From Laetmonice hystrix (taxonomy: Eukaryota), in contig OZ249436.1 in NCBI GenBank assembly GCA_965235115.1, positions 43,216,001-43,280,000 on the forward strand: DNA of 64,000 bases, written 5' to 3'. The notes under the pieces are model-generated. The model saw nothing but the letters and a program-made list of their open reading frames with translations, was not told the DNA's origin and did not search any database. Both the position numbers and the translations under genes were made by a program. Shown piece after piece: positions 22,848-36,523 of the stretch (position 1 is its first letter; every line of letters begins with the position of its first letter).

Positions 22848-23335
22848 CATCCATTAAAACATGGATCTCAAGGTTGACAGGCCGCTGGCATCCATTAAAA
22901 CATGGATCTCAAAGTTACCAGGCCGCTGGCATCCATTAAAACATGGATCTCAAGGTTAACAGGCCGCTGGCATCCATTAAAACATGGATCTCAAGGCTAA
23001 CAGGCCGCTGGCATCCATTAAAACATGGATCTCACGGTCAACAGGCCGCTGACATCCATTAAAACATGGATCTCAAGGTCAACAGGCCGCTGGCATCCAT
23101 TAGAACATGGATCTCAAGGTTAACAGGCCGCTGGCATCCATTAAAACATGGATCTCAAGGTTAACAGGCCGCTGGCATCCATTAAAACATGGATCTCAAG
23201 GTTAACAGGCCGCTGGCATCCATTAAAACATGGATCTCAAGGTTAACAGGCCGCTGGCATCCATTAAAACATGGATCTCAAGGTTAACAGGCCGCTGGCA
23301 TCCATTAAAACATGGATCTCAAGGTTAACAGGCCG
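22848..23335. repeat. 41-bp minisatellite, ~12 copies
   Basis: catccattaaaacatggatctcaaggttaacaggccgctgg tandem. Confidence 0.95.
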
Positions 23336-23479
23336 ATCTCCCAACTATGGACCTAATCTAGCCCCTAGGTCTATTCCCGGTCCCTTCGGAAAACGTACCC
23401 CTTCCCCTAATCTTGCCACTAATCCCCATGTATACATTGGGTATTGTTACCATGAAAACATACACTGGTAATACGGCAT

Positions 23480-23610
23480 AACCCCATTGGAGACCAGGGG
23501 TAAGAAACAATGACCCCATGCACCCCCTCAGAGACCAGGGTAAGAATCAATGACCCCATACACCCCCTCAGAGACCATGGGTAAGAAACAATGACCCCAT
23601 GCACCCCCCT
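23480..23610. repeat. ~40-bp repeat x3
   Basis: gagaccagggtaagaaacaatgaccccatgcaccccc. Confidence 0.85.
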
Positions 23611-24419
23611 GTGGAGGGGGTACGCGTCTGACGTGTATCCTCGAGAGGGTTCCCGGATGTGCTACGATAGACACTTTTAGCCAACTGCCATGCCGTCAGC
23701 CCTGACTTAGATCTAACCATGACAGTGAGATTAGTCCCAGAGTAAACACCACCCCTGCAATCCTCCATTTTAGACAAGTCGTTCCGTCGAGACCGCAATC
23801 TGAGATATTTTAGAAACGTGATATCCGTAATTACTTTATTATCAAAACTAGCGCCCAATCTACATCGCCTTCCTGCTCAAGCTGTCCTGAAGTCTTTTTA
23901 TAAAAACAAACTGGGGATAAATTTCGGTGATACTATTATAATGAACCTTCTCACTCATACAAGCAGATCTACTCGCCGCTCTTAGGACAGTGCTCATGTT
24001 AAAGTCGGGAACTAATGTCTAGAGTCACCGAATCTGAGAGTAGCCTACGGTCTGCGAATGATCGTCACTCATGTACAAAATCAAATACTGATGATCATGA
24101 CATAGACGACTCCAGTTGTCTCACTGGTAGTCAGTGGAGAATCTAGGATTTTGATGGGGGGGGGCACCAAAAAAATAATTTTAGCCTCGCTATACGCACG
24201 GCGTGATTTGATTGTGCATGTATTACACACACACAAAATAATTGTAACACACTTTTTAATGTTTGATTGTATTCAAATACTATATATACTATATTATTCA
24301 AATATAGTCATAACATCTTAATCCAAAAAAAGATGGTAAATCTAAGCGGGCCCGGCCCCCTGGGCCCCCTGGATCCCCAGTGGGTAGTACATTGTGCGTC
24401 TTGGTCAGTATACGCTTCC

Positions 24420-24927
24420 CATCTTGTCTGTAGATCCTCACTATGAATCACACTAATGTAAGAAACCCAACCATGAACGGCAGATCTTGTCTGTAGATCC
24501 TCACTATGAATCACACTACTGTAAGAAACCCAACTATGAACGGCACATCTTGTCTGTAGATCCTCACTATGAATCACACTAATGTAAGAAACCCAACCAT
24601 GGACGGCAGATCTTGTCTGTAGATCCTCACTATGAATCACACTAATGTAAGAAACCCAACCATGAACGGCACATCTTGTCTGTAGATCCTCACTATGAAT
24701 CACACTAATGTAAGAAACCCAACCATGAACGGCAGATCTTGTCTGTGGATCCTCACTATGAATCACACTAATGTAAGAAACCCAACCATGGACGGCACAT
24801 CTTGTCTGTAGATCCTCACTATGAATCACACTAATATAAGAAACCCAACCATGGATGGCACATCTTGTCTGTAGATCCTCACTATGAATCACACTACTGT
24901 AAGAAACCCAACCATGAACGGCACATC
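24420..24927. repeat. 63-bp minisatellite, 8 copies
   Basis: atcttgtctgtagatcctcactatgaatcacactaatgtaagaaacccaaccatgaacggc tandem. Confidence 0.95.
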
Positions 24928-25221
24928 CTCCTTACATCGATCGCCAAACCCGGATGTGTTGTTAAAGCGGTGTTTTTACTAAGTGGCATGACACCAACAT
25001 CACTTCGCTATTGTTATCGATGGACAGCACATTTTGTATCGAGTTCTTGGCAGACATGACCAACACGTGATTAATAATATAATCAGTATTTTTTTTCTGC
25101 CCCATTTCTTCATATCATGCAGGGTCGAGGCTCATTTATAACTCCTGCAGTTTGGCACGCGTTTCTCGGCCAGGATCTGTCTCATCTCAGTGACGGATCG
25201 AGTGAGGGGGGGGGGCTCCCA

Positions 25222-25393
25222 CGGACGGGCCTGCCGGACGGACGGGCGGGCGGGCCTGCCGGACGGGAGGGCCTGCCGGACGGGAGGGCTTGCCGGGCGG
25301 GCGGGCGGGCCTGCCGGACGTGCAGGCCTGCAGGGCGGGCCTGCCGGGCGGGCGAGCCTGCCAGACGGGCCTGCCGGGCGGGCCTGCCGGACG
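25222..25393. repeat. GC-rich degenerate repeat
   Basis: gggcctgccggacg/gggc motifs. Confidence 0.85.
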
Positions 25394-25579
25394 GAATGGT
25401 GATGGTTCCCCTGACATTACATCAGTTCAACCCGTGCACACTCACTGACCAGTCGCTCCGTCGAACTAAGTGACTATTATCATGAAAACAAGTCAGGCCT
25501 GGACTTGACCCTGACCCTGGACCTGACCATGCCACCGGCAAACCATGGCTCTTCTCCGTGGTAACTGTCTCACCAATTT

Positions 25580-26055
25580 GGGGTTAGGGGCAGGGGTAGG
25601 GATTGGGCTTAGGATTGGGGGGGGGGGGACAGGGACTGAGGTTGAGGAAGGGGTTAGGATTAGGGGGGGCAGGGACTGAGGTTGAGGAAGGGGTTAGGAT
25701 TGGGAGGCAGGGACTGAGGTTGAGGAAGGGGTTAGGATTGGGGGGCAGGGACTGAGGTTGAGGAAGGGGTTAGGATTGGGAGGCAGGGACTGAGGTTGAG
25801 GAAGGGGTTAGGATTGGGGGGCAGGGACTGAGGTTGAGGAAGGGGTTAGGATTGGGAGGGGGCAGGGACTGAGGTTGAGGAAGGGGTTAGGATTGGGAGG
25901 CAGGGACTGAGGTTGAGGAAGGGGTTAGGATTGGGGGGCAGGGACTGAGGTTGAGGAAGGGGTTAGGATTGGGGGGCAGGGACTGAGGTTGAGGAAGGGG
26001 TTAGGATTGGGGGGCAGGGACTGAGGTTGAGGAAGGGGTTAGGATTGGGGGGCTG
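25580..26055 (+). repeat. G-rich ~37-bp minisatellite, ~11 copies
   Basis: cagggactgaggttgaggaaggggttaggattggggg tandem. Confidence 0.95.
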
Positions 26056-26666
26056 GGAAGAGTACATGTAGTTTTCTGGTTTTTATATGATTACCACCTA
26101 AGTTTGTGGAGGTGTCACCATGTTATATGAAAACCATCAGAGGGAGACAGTCGTCTGGGTTATAGTCTGAGGAATAGTTTCTTACTGCTGGCACATTAAC
26201 ATCACGTTGAATATAATCCAGTCGTTTGGAAAAATGTCTCTCTAGCCAAGTGAGGGACCGTGCAAGTATAAGAGGATGGCGCGTGGCATTGCGATGATAT
26301 GTGAAAGGTTTTTTTGTACTGGTTCTGATGTAAAAAGATCCATAATCAGTATCTCAGTAACGTAGATAAAACACAGTCAACATGAAGTATTTGATAGCAG
26401 ACACGTGGTACTACTTACACATGGTGCTACTTAAAACTCGATATCATTGGCCAAGGGGAGATGAGGCTACTTAAGAAAGGAATGTTGTCAGTCACAAGTC
26501 GTAAAAGTGCACGAAGCAAATGAATAAACTGTACGCTTAACCGGTTACAGCATAATAATATTCTGATTGTGATATACATCACCAATTTTTTGTACTACTC
26601 TAAATATACGTCACCAAAATATATATTTGTATTTATTTGCCGCTCTATCGGTTCGCAGATCTCTGA

Positions 26667-27122
26667 TCGACCCATACCGTCCTCCAGGTCCCTATCTGGG
26701 ATGGCACATCGACCCATACCGTCCTCCAGGTCCCTATCAGGGCTGGCACATCGACCCATACCGTCCTCCAGGTCCCTATTAGGGCTGGCACATCGACCCA
26801 TACCGTCCTCCAGGTCCCTATCTGGGCTGGCACATCGACCCATACCGTCCTCCAGGTCCCTATCTGGGCTGGCACATCGACCCATACCGTCCTCCAGGTC
26901 CCTGGGCTGGCACATCGACCCATACCGTCCTCCAGGTCCCTGGGCTGGCACATCGACCCATACCGTCCTCCAGGTCCCTATCAGGGCTGGCACATCGACC
27001 CATACCGTCCTCCAGGTCCCTATCAGGGCTGGCACATCGACCCATACCGTCCTCCAGGTCCCTGGGCTGGCACATCGACCCATACCGTCCTCCAGGTCCC
27101 TATCTGGGCTGGCACATTGACC
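26667..27122. repeat. 42/38-bp minisatellite, ~11 copies
   Basis: tcgacccataccgtcctccaggtccctatc(t/a)gggctggcaca. Confidence 0.95.
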
Positions 27123-27204
27123 CCGTGATATAAACCAATTATTTTTCACAGTTTCTGTTTTAGAACACTCCCGCATCAATCGCACATCTTAACGTACATG
27201 ACTG

Positions 27205-28097
27205 TCAGTAGGGAGGGTCTTGTGTTGTGTTGGAGTCAGACAATACCAGAAGCTATCAATCAGTAGGGAGGGTCTTGTGATGTTGTGTTGGAGTCAGACC
27301 AGAAGCTATCAATCAGTAGGGAGGGTCTTGTGATGTTGTGTTGGAGTCAGACCAGAAGCTATCAATCAGTAGGGAGGGTCTTGTGTTGTGTTGGAGTCAG
27401 ACAATACCAGAAGCTATCAATCAGTAGGGAGGGTCTTGTGTTGTGTTGGAGCCAGACCAGAAGCTATCAATCAGTAGGGAGGGTCTTGTGTTGTGTTGGA
27501 GTCAGACCAGAAGCTATCAATCAGTAGGGAGGGTCTTGTGTTGTGTTGGAGCCAGACCAGAAGCTATCAATCAGTAGGGAGGGTCTTGTGTTGTGTTGGA
27601 GTCAGACCAGAAGCTATCAATCAGTAGGGAGGGTCTTGTGCTGTGTTGGAGTCAGACCAGAAGCTATCAATCAGTAGGGAGGGTCTTGTGTTGTGTTGGA
27701 GTCAGACAATACCAGAAGCTATCAATCAGTAGGGAGGGTCTTGTGTTGTGTTGGAGCCAGACCAGAAGCTATCAATCAGTAGGGAGGGTCTTGTGTTGTG
27801 TAGGAGTCAGACAATACCAGAAGCTATCAATCAGTAGGGAGGGTCTTGTGTTGTGTTGGAGCCAGACAATACCATAAGCTATCAATCAGTAGGGAGGGTC
27901 TTGTGTTGTGTTGGAGTCAGACCAGAAGCTTTCAATCAGTAGGGAGGGTCTTGTGTTGTGTTGGAGTCAGACAATACCATAAGCTATCAATCAGTAGGGA
28001 GGGTCTTGTGATGTTGTGTTGGAGTCAGACCAGAAGCTATCAATCAGTAGGGAGGGTCTTGTGATGTTGTGTTGGAGCCAGACCAGAAGCTATCAAT
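27205..28097. repeat. 50-55-bp minisatellite, ~17 copies
   Basis: agaagctatcaatcagtagggagggtcttgtgttgtgttggagtcagacc with acaat and gat insertion variants. Confidence 0.95.
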
Positions 28098-28422
28098 TCT
28101 AACCTCCTGTGTGGGTCAGAGATTAACACAATACCCGGAAGTCTAACCTCAGGGTTGTGATGGTTGTAATCTCGATCAGATTGATAACGACCTGGGAGGT
28201 CACCTGGTACATACCTGACCTCCTTCTGAGGTAGATATTACCATGTAATTATCGGATGTCAGGTAAGCTGTCAACCTCCGACTATCTCACTCTCAGCACT
28301 TGATACAAAATGTACTCACAGTACACCGTAAATCTGCGCAGACGTCCCACCAGACCGTGAACTACTGCCCTAATCGTGTCGGTCCTAACCCAATCGTACG
28401 GAGTACAGGTGTGGCGTATGCA

Positions 28423-28742
28423 GGGGCCCATTTCACAAACTGGGGATGTCCCCATCCTGGCGACATTCTCTCATCACTGTTTCAGGAGGAGGGACATTTT
28501 AGGGGACCACTTTGAGTGGGGATGTCTCCAATCGGGGATGTCGGGGAAAGTGACTGTTAGTGAACCGGGTCCCACTGGGACCCGTTTTACTAACGATGAT
28601 TGCTCACAAAATCCCCACCAAAGTCCCCAGATCTGGGACATCCCCGTCGTGAGTTGTCTTAATAAAAAGTCCCTCCATTGAAACTGTGTTGGGGAGATGT
28701 CCCCAAAATGGGGATGTCCCTAATTTGGGGAGTGACGGGCCC
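28423..28742. mobile_element. Two adjacent Harbinger-like MITEs
   Basis: ggggcccatttcacaaac...gttagtgaaccgggtccc (28423-28573) and gggacccgttttactaac...gtgacgggccc (28577-28742); internal ggggatgtcccc motifs. Confidence 0.6.
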
Positions 28743-29063
28743 AGGTTCTAGGTCGTCCACGCAAAGATAAAAAGATACGCAAATCCCGCCTCCTTTTACC
28801 CCCCCCCCCTCCCCCCCAGCCTCCACAGATGATGATATTAAAATACCAATGTGAGAAGATGTATACTCCTCCCAGCCCCTCGTGCCGTTTTAAAAGCCAT
28901 CATGTGTTTTCGGTTACAGGAAGCAAAGACATTAAGGGATTCCTTGGAGGCTTCCCCCGTCACCTAATATAAGTAATATATGTCCTCTACACCCTTACTT
29001 ACCACTCGCCCATTAATGTGATAACAGGTATTACCCTCAGTGGATTACTATCAGCTTACCTAC

Positions 29064-29381
29064 ACCATCAATATCTGCTGGGAGAGGTGGGGACGATACC
29101 AGACCCAACTGTCTGGACCATCAATATCTGCTGGGAGAGGTGGGGACGATACCAGACCTAACACCCTGGACCATCAATATCTGCTGGGAGAGGTGGGGAC
29201 GATACCAGACCCAACTCTCTGGACCATCAATATCTGCTGGGAGAGGTGGGGACGATACCAGACCCAACTCTCTGGACCATCAATATCTGCTGGGAGAGGT
29301 GGGGACGATACCAGACCCAACTCTCTGGACCATCAATATCTGCCGGGCGAGGTGGGGACGATACCAGACCCAACTCTCTGG
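29064..29381. repeat. 53-bp minisatellite, 6 copies
   Basis: accatcaatatctgctgggagaggtggggacgataccagacccaactctctgg. Confidence 0.95.
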
Positions 29382-29814
29382 GTGGGCTTCATTATAGCCA
29401 GGTAAGGATAGCTTACCTGAGGCACACCTTTAGGTCGAAACTGCGGTTCAGATTTGTATCTGCAGGTCTAAGTTGGACTAAATGATGGTGGCCAGTGATG
29501 GTGACCGCCTATACACCGAAATATTGGCGATTACCATTTGGGCCAGCCTTTCCCCACCCTACGCCATAACCAACCCCAACCCCACCCCCTACCCCACCCC
29601 CAGAAGTCTGCTGGAGATTTTCTGGCTCTATCTTAGCTATCCCAGGTTTTTACAGTGCAGGTATCTCGAGTCTGCCCGACCGATAAACGGGTGTAGATAA
29701 CATATTACTGGTGTAGATAACATATCATCTCGAGTCACTTTGATTTACTACAGTTGTAAACCACTACTGAACTCCCAATCCACCAAGCAACTCCTAAACT
29801 AGTGGCTTACTTAA

Positions 29815-30331
29815 AGGGGCATGCTATGGATTTCCGGGAAATATCCAACATGACCGTGTACTAGGGATCCAAGTAAATAATACTACCACAGTGCTCATTT
29901 AGTTCTCCGACGTGTTTTCGCTGCGTATGCAGCACAAGTAGGTTCTATACGACCAAACCTATAGATTTCTCCCGATAGCACATCTCCCGCCATAAATTAG
30001 TAGACAACTTCCCATCAACCCGTGTAATTGCATACTGCGTCACATCCTGCGTGTGCACTCTCTGCATGTGCTTAGTCACGTGCTTCGCTTAGTTGTAAAC
30101 AATTCAGCAGTGGCACTCGATCGCCCGGCTTCAGAATGCCACCCAAAAAACGTTTTACGAAATCGGAAGAGAAGCGGGCAAGGGAGCTTCATAACCTTCG
30201 ATTTCTCACGCAAAATGAAACTGATAAGTCTGTCTTTGTTTACCAAGCAATTTTAATGAAGGATCTCTTTATGAAAACAGCAAAAGTTCTTTGAAATACC
30301 GATTTTTCACGTTTCCTCATAATATGCCCCT
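29815..30331. mobile_element. Kolobok-like non-autonomous element with TTAA TSD
   Basis: ttaa|AGGGGCATGCTATG ... CATAATATGCCCCT|ttaa. Confidence 0.75.
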
Positions 30332-31019
30332 TTAAAATCACAGACATTATGTCCATGATGGTGGAATATCAAAACGTTTTCTGAACTATTTATATGAGTA
30401 TCCGAAGTCGACTTGAATGGCAGGTGAGCTTGGGCTGTGCCGGATAAAAGTACCGGATAAAAGAACCCTGACCTTGAGGGTTCTTTCAGAATCACACGAA
30501 ACCTTACACCAACACTTTCACAAATCGATATTAATAAAAATCCATTCAAATAGATTAAAATAAAACCAATGATAATCAAGTTAATGGTTCTGTTTTCATA
30601 AAACCATAATGTACACCAATCACGAAACGTGTTACATTGCCAGATTTTGACATTGACATGACCTTTTGTACATTGTTATGGTAATCATGAAAGAGAATGA
30701 AAGAACTGACACAGCTGTGTCCACCAGCACTTTACATACCCCCAACCCCGTCAAAACACCCCTGAACACTCAATCAATCACCCTTACCCTACCGGGGTTA
30801 CTGAGTACAGATTTCTGCCATGCTATCAGTGAGTGATATTAGCTGCTGCGCCCCCCCCCCCACCCAACCACCACCACCCCCGACATGAGATGCCGCGCGC
30901 TAGCTGTGCTGCACTGTCTGGCATGATGTTAGATAACCGACCAACAGATCACCATCGTAACACCCCGTGAAATGTGATGATAATAAGTCAAAGTCTATGG
31001 CTATTCCTACAACATAACA

Positions 31020-31247
31020 TCAAACATAACCCTAACTCTAACCCTAACCATTCCTAGCCTCAAACATAACCCTAACTCTAACCCTAACCATTCCTACCCT
31101 CAAACATAACCCTGACTCTAACCTACCATAAAGAATAACCCTAACTCTAACCCTAACCCCCAGTCCCTAGACCTCCCCCAAAACCTATCCCTATATCCCT
31201 GACCTTGACCCCGACCTCTAATTCCGTTGGAATGTCACCATGGGGGT
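31020..31247 (-). repeat. Telomere-like (CCCTAA-variant) repeats with G-rich element head
   Basis: aaacataaccctaactctaaccctaacc repeated ~4 times, then cccc...ttccgttggaatgtcaccatggggg. Confidence 0.7.
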
Positions 31248-31498
31248 CAAACCGACCGACCATATCTCACTTACATGGTATGTACCACCTCTTCTCCAAA
31301 TGTTTGTGGTTACTTCCCCGCTGCCCACCATTGGGAACAAATCTGTTTTTTCACCGGGACAATTAAGTATGCATAATTCGCTGACACATTAACAATGTAA
31401 TCTTCAACCAATAAAAACCACCAAACTATCAGTGACAGGGGTCACGTTGACCAATCAGAGACCTCAGTTTGGTCAGGTGACTGTAAGAGCGGACTTAC

Positions 31499-31613
31499 CA
31501 TTGGTTGATATGTACTCGTCAGTTCGGACGGTGACCGCCAGGTCAGTGAAGTCTCGGGCAGAGATGAGGCCCCCGAAGGCACTGTGTGTGATGGTCCGGA
31601 CGACACTGACGTC
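31499..31613 (-). CDS. START-domain protein, internal exon (115 nt)
   Basis: cttacag|GAC GTC ... ACC AAT G|gtaagt; encodes DVSVVRTITHSAFGGLISARDFTDLAVTVRTDEYISTN with the START ISxRDF motif; phase 0 in, phase 1 out, fits both neighbours. Confidence 0.93.
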
Positions 31614-31715
31614 CTGTAAGTCAGAACGACATGTCAGCTTTAACAAATGTTGTACGTTTCTATGTGACACTTTCCATTTTAACAAATGCGACATGTGTCC
31701 CCTTTAGTATTTCCT

Positions 31716-31950
31716 GCACACAGACAAACGTCATGTTTTCTGGACCCAGACAAACGTCATGTTTTGTGAACACAGGCAAACGTCATGTTTTGTGAACACA
31801 GGCAAACGTGATGTTTTCTGGACACAGACAAACGTTATGTTTTCTGGACCCAGACAAACGTCATGTTTTGTGAACACAGGCAAACGTCATGTTTTCTGGA
31901 CACAGACAAACGTCATGTTTTCTGGACACAGACAAACGTCATGTTTTCTA
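31716..31950. repeat. 26-bp minisatellite, ~9 copies
   Basis: acagacaaacgtcatgttttctggac, ~100 bp upstream of the exon 31499-31613 acceptor. Confidence 0.9.
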
Positions 31951-32681
31951 CAAGTAAAGATACTATCTCTGTATAAGCTTCAGACGGGGAGGGTTGTGTA
32001 TTCTCCAAACACAGAGACCATTTCCCACGCAATTTTACAGACTGTCATTTCAATGTTCAATGTTTACAGACTGTCATTTCAATGTTATCTTTGGTCCGTA
32101 GAGACAGCAACCCTTGCTTTGATGGCTAATCAAAGCACCTTTTTCTCAGGAAATTAAAACTGTTGTGGTTTTTGCTACAGACGATCAGACGGATAACGGC
32201 AGGCTATTTTGGTTTACCACTCTACAAATAGTTTTAACCCTTCGATCATTGCTTTTTTTACTCCCTTTGTAAGCCGCAGATTCCGTCTAGAAGGGTACAA
32301 TTCCAAGCTTCTTCTGACAATTGTGGACAAAAGAGCATTTCAGTGAACAAATAAAGCTCTTTTAAAATAAGAAAACTTTTGAAATTCTATTTGCAATCTA
32401 TAGATTAGACTTTTTCAAAATCGCTAATAAGAAGAGCTGACATTAGTTTTATGATCACGTAAACAGTATACCAGTAAGCATGTACATAAAACCATTCTGT
32501 TAAAACTCTCAGACTTCCCATGATTCACAGAAGTAGGGAATCCATAGAACCCACTTCTTCCCGGCTAATAATGTCCGCGAGGTACGGTGACCATGAGAAT
32601 GCTGCGGCCTGGCTTGGAGTGTCTCCATGTGGTCTCGCTCACCCCGACCATATTGAGGGTCACGTGGGTCGGGGTATATAC

Positions 32682-32926
32682 CCCATGGTAATAGTACCAC
32701 GGAACTCAGGGTAGGGGGTTCGGGGAGGGGCAAGGTTAGGAGTAGGGGTTTTCGTGGGACGGTTGAGGGACCATGGCTAGGGGTGAGGGTTAGGGGTGGG
32801 TGAGGGTGAGGGTTAGTGTTGGGTGAGGGTGAGGGTTAGTGTTGGGTTAGGGTGAGGGTTAGTGTTGGGTGAGGGTGAGGGTTAGTGTTGGGTGAGGGTG
32901 AGGGTTAGTGTTATAGGGTTAGGGTA
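32682..32926 (+). repeat. G-rich element with 23-bp telomere-like tandem repeats
   Basis: ccccatggtaatagtaccacggaac...; gggtgagggtgagggttagtgtt x5. Confidence 0.75.
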
Positions 32927-34049
32927 TACGGTTCAGGGCAGTATACCGGGAAAGATTTTTTAGATCTTACAACCAAATTTTGAAGAAACGTTACTATGGG
33001 GGGTGAGGTCCCGGCCACCAGGGGCGCGGGGGGGGGGCTCTTTACGGGCCGGGCGTTGTGTACACAGTGAGATTATTATGATTATTATAATAATAGCTGC
33101 CATTGATAGGGGAAAGGATGCCTCCCGGCCGACACGTGCTCACAGCGCCGGCATGCGCGCGCACACTCTGACGTCACTAACTGACAGACGTACTCACACC
33201 ATCCGGGTTGATGTGTATGAATGAAGCAAACATCCACTCACTCAAAATATCACTCTCTTAAAACTGCTACTTATAAAGTGCTCTCAAACACGTCAAAACA
33301 AACCCCAACATCCCTCCGAGCTAATCCCTAGATTATATATTGTAGGGTTACGGGGCGCATCCATCGGTCAGGCTGAGTTTGAAAATGTCCGGGTATGGTT
33401 GGCCATCAGGGCATTTAATTGTAAGCATACACAATGTACTCGAATATAGCTTTATGTACATACTCCGACTTTTGCCTATTACGGCCAACCATTTCGCTTG
33501 GACCCTGCCCGCTCCTGGAGACTCTCAATGTACTCCAAGAGGTTCCGGTATTCGAGAGAGCATGCGCAATCTACTACCACTGGATCCTACTTCTCACTTC
33601 CTCCTTCTTTAATGTTAATTAACTTTATTCAATGTTAATGATGAGCAATGTAGGTAAATATCTCAGCGTCCACTTTATTCAATGTTAATGATGAGCAATG
33701 TACGTAAATATCTCAGCGACCACTTTATTCAATGCGTTTTGCGAGCGGATGGCCCTCAGGAAGGTAAAAGTCGCCCAGTTCGGGGAATGTTAAGAGGTGT
33801 TAGGGAGCGCCACCTCCCGGGGTTGTGGCGTATTATACCCAGCATACCTCAGGACCAGATGTTCCGGTGGCCTTGGTAAAGGATCGGCCTATTGAAACCT
33901 CATGGTGACACCGTGTTCCCTGATATAAACAATATCTCAAAGACAAAGTAGTACTCGATGGCAAGGATAACGACATGGCTGACTTTCTGATTAAAATGGC
34001 CGCGTCAAGTATGACTATAAAAAACAATCAATATTTCAATCTACGTAGG

Positions 34050-34625
34050 CCTATATCTCCCGTATACTGTGCCATATCTCCCGTATACTGTGCCGTATCT
34101 CCCGTATACGGTGTCGTATCTCCCGTATATGTGCCATATCTCCCGTATACTGTGCCGTATCTCCCGTATACTGTGTCGTATCTCCCGTATATGTGCCATA
34201 TCTCCCGTATACTGTGTCGTATATCTCCCGTATACTGTGCCATATCTCCCGTATACTGTGCCGTATATCTCCCGTATACTGTGCCATATCTCCCGTATAG
34301 TGTGCCATATCTCCCCTATACTGTGCCATATCTCCCCTATACTGTGCCATATCTCCCCTATACTGTGCCATATCTCCCGTATATTGTGCCATATCTCCCG
34401 TATACCCTGCCATATCTCCCGTATACTGTGCCGTATCTCCCGTATACTGTGCCATATCTCCCGTATACTGTGCCATATCTCCCGTATACTGTGCCATATC
34501 TCCCGTATACTGTGCCATATCTCCCCTATACTGTGCCATATCTCCCCTATACTGTGCCATATCTCCCCTATACTGTGCCATATCTCCCGTATACTGTGCC
34601 GTATATCTCCCCTATACTGTGCCGT
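34050..34625. repeat. 21-bp minisatellite, ~27 copies
   Basis: atatctcccgtatactgtgcc. Confidence 0.96.
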
Positions 34626-36180
34626 CCAATGGAAGAAACTAACTCCAGCGACTGAATATTTCATTCCCTGAATATATTCTAAGACACAAAACCTTTTTAC
34701 TTAAAATATTTTTCATGTTGATATCGAATACCGCCCAGCATGATACCAACGTCATCAAATGGTGGACATTAGGCCCCTCCTGTCCTTTTCTTCGCTCAAC
34801 CTCAGCAGATAATTACTGGAACTTTAAAACTTCTCCTCCGCGGGGGCAGGAGGGAACACTGAAGTGTTAAGAGGAAATTCAGCTCAGATGTTGTAGTTTA
34901 TTCGTTGATGTGAACAACGTGTGGCCATCTGAAGGGACTTCTGCACGGATGTGGCAGTTCGCAGCGCACGCCCGTATTTTTCTGAGGTATACTATGTCAA
35001 TATGGCGGCACTGAGATATTTTTTGTCCGTGGTATTTTCTGTCTCACTCCTGGTCGGTGCTTTATTAGCTGTACAAACAGGCCGACGACCTGAGCCTGAT
35101 GGGGAATTAATTCGGCCCGTTCTACTCAATCGTGTATTGTGGTCTGGAGGCTGGAGCCAACGCGTAGAACGGGTGGATGATAAAGTAACCCTAATGGGCA
35201 CATTTGTACTGTCAACTCCCCCAGCGTTTGTAACTCTGGGGGTGATCTAGACCCCTTGTGTCTGGTTTGTTCCTAATGATAGCATGAGTGAGAGGGTACG
35301 AGAGGTAAAAAAACAACCTGTTCTGGTACTTCCAGATATCACAGACAGAATGCCGTATTCAGTAGTCGTGGAGTTTGGCCGTGTTCGACCGGGAATAACT
35401 TCACTTACAGACCTGCCCCCATCAACCTGGGACACATTGCCTTGCCGGCTGATATTAGCAGCCACTTTGACATGCACATGGCCACTTTCGGGTGGTGTTT
35501 GTGTGTCGATCCTTTGACCAAAGTACGCCATTTGTTGTTGGTAGAATAGCAGTGTTATTACTGTCAGTGTCAGCCCGTAGCGTGGAGGGAGAAAGTACGG
35601 ACTCGGCCACCGACACCCCAACACTCCGTCTATTATTCGGCCGACATGCTAGCTTATTGTTCGCCTCCGACTCTCACACTATCAGAAGGCAAAAAGTGGA
35701 GCAAAAAGTGGAGCGAAATGGTGTTAGAGAATGTAAAAATGGTGTTAGAGAATGTATAAAGAAAAATAACATTCTTCTGCTGTAGTAACTGAGGTTTGAA
35801 AGGGAATATATGAGCACATATGACACAATATCCGAGCATGCCTGCAGATGGAATGTAAATATGGAGCCCTGATGGAATGCCTGACCGTCTTCAGTAGCTA
35901 TACCATCTGCTGAAGTTACAACTCGCCTGTTTTATCTATGGCGATCGTTTCACAACAGGAGCAAATGTTATTTCAATGGTTACTTGATGGCGTCAGATCG
36001 TGTATGCCTGACATTACCGGCAGTAACGACACTGCTTTGTTGGAATCCAATTAATCAGCACAATGTTAAGCGATTTTTCACCACTCTGTTTACTAAAAGA
36101 ACGGTAGCTGCACTTAAAACCTAGGGTAGAAGGAGTTCTCTTACTTTCACAGTGTGAGTTTGTTAAAGACGGTTCCTTAA

Positions 36181-36520
36181 AGGTGCTATTCGTGAACAAA
36201 AATTCAATTTTTTTATTTTTAATTTTGTTGACGTTTATGTGATCCCACCTATCATGGAAATAGATTCACAACAAAGGAAATCAAAATTTTTCATGGATAA
36301 CGGCACAAATGGGGCTCTCTCAGAAGGCCTGTGGAGACCCTGACACGCCCCACCATAGGAAATGGCTCTATCTCGGTGCGCACCGAGATAGGTTTCAAAT
36401 GCTGCACACAAACTAATAGAAGGTTTATCAGGCCAATGGTATCGGTAGGAATTTTTTCTAGTACTATGTGCACAATGTATGATAGGAGAAATGCCATTCT
36501 GTGCGAGACGAATAGCACCT
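36181..36520. mobile_element. Kolobok-like MITE with TTAA flanks
   Basis: ttaa|AGGTGCTATTCGT ... ACGAATAGCACCT|ttaa, perfect 13-bp TIR. Confidence 0.8.
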
Positions 36521-36523
36521 TTA

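Noticed and set aside
31020..32926. True telomere or chromosome-fusion site
   Set aside because: Only short degenerate TTAGGG variants flanking a normal internal exon.
33975..34671. 200+ aa ORFs in several frames (also 24308-24892, 26569-27185, 39163-39939, 52827-53307)
   Set aside because: Tandem repeats open in multiple frames; no splice or homology evidence.
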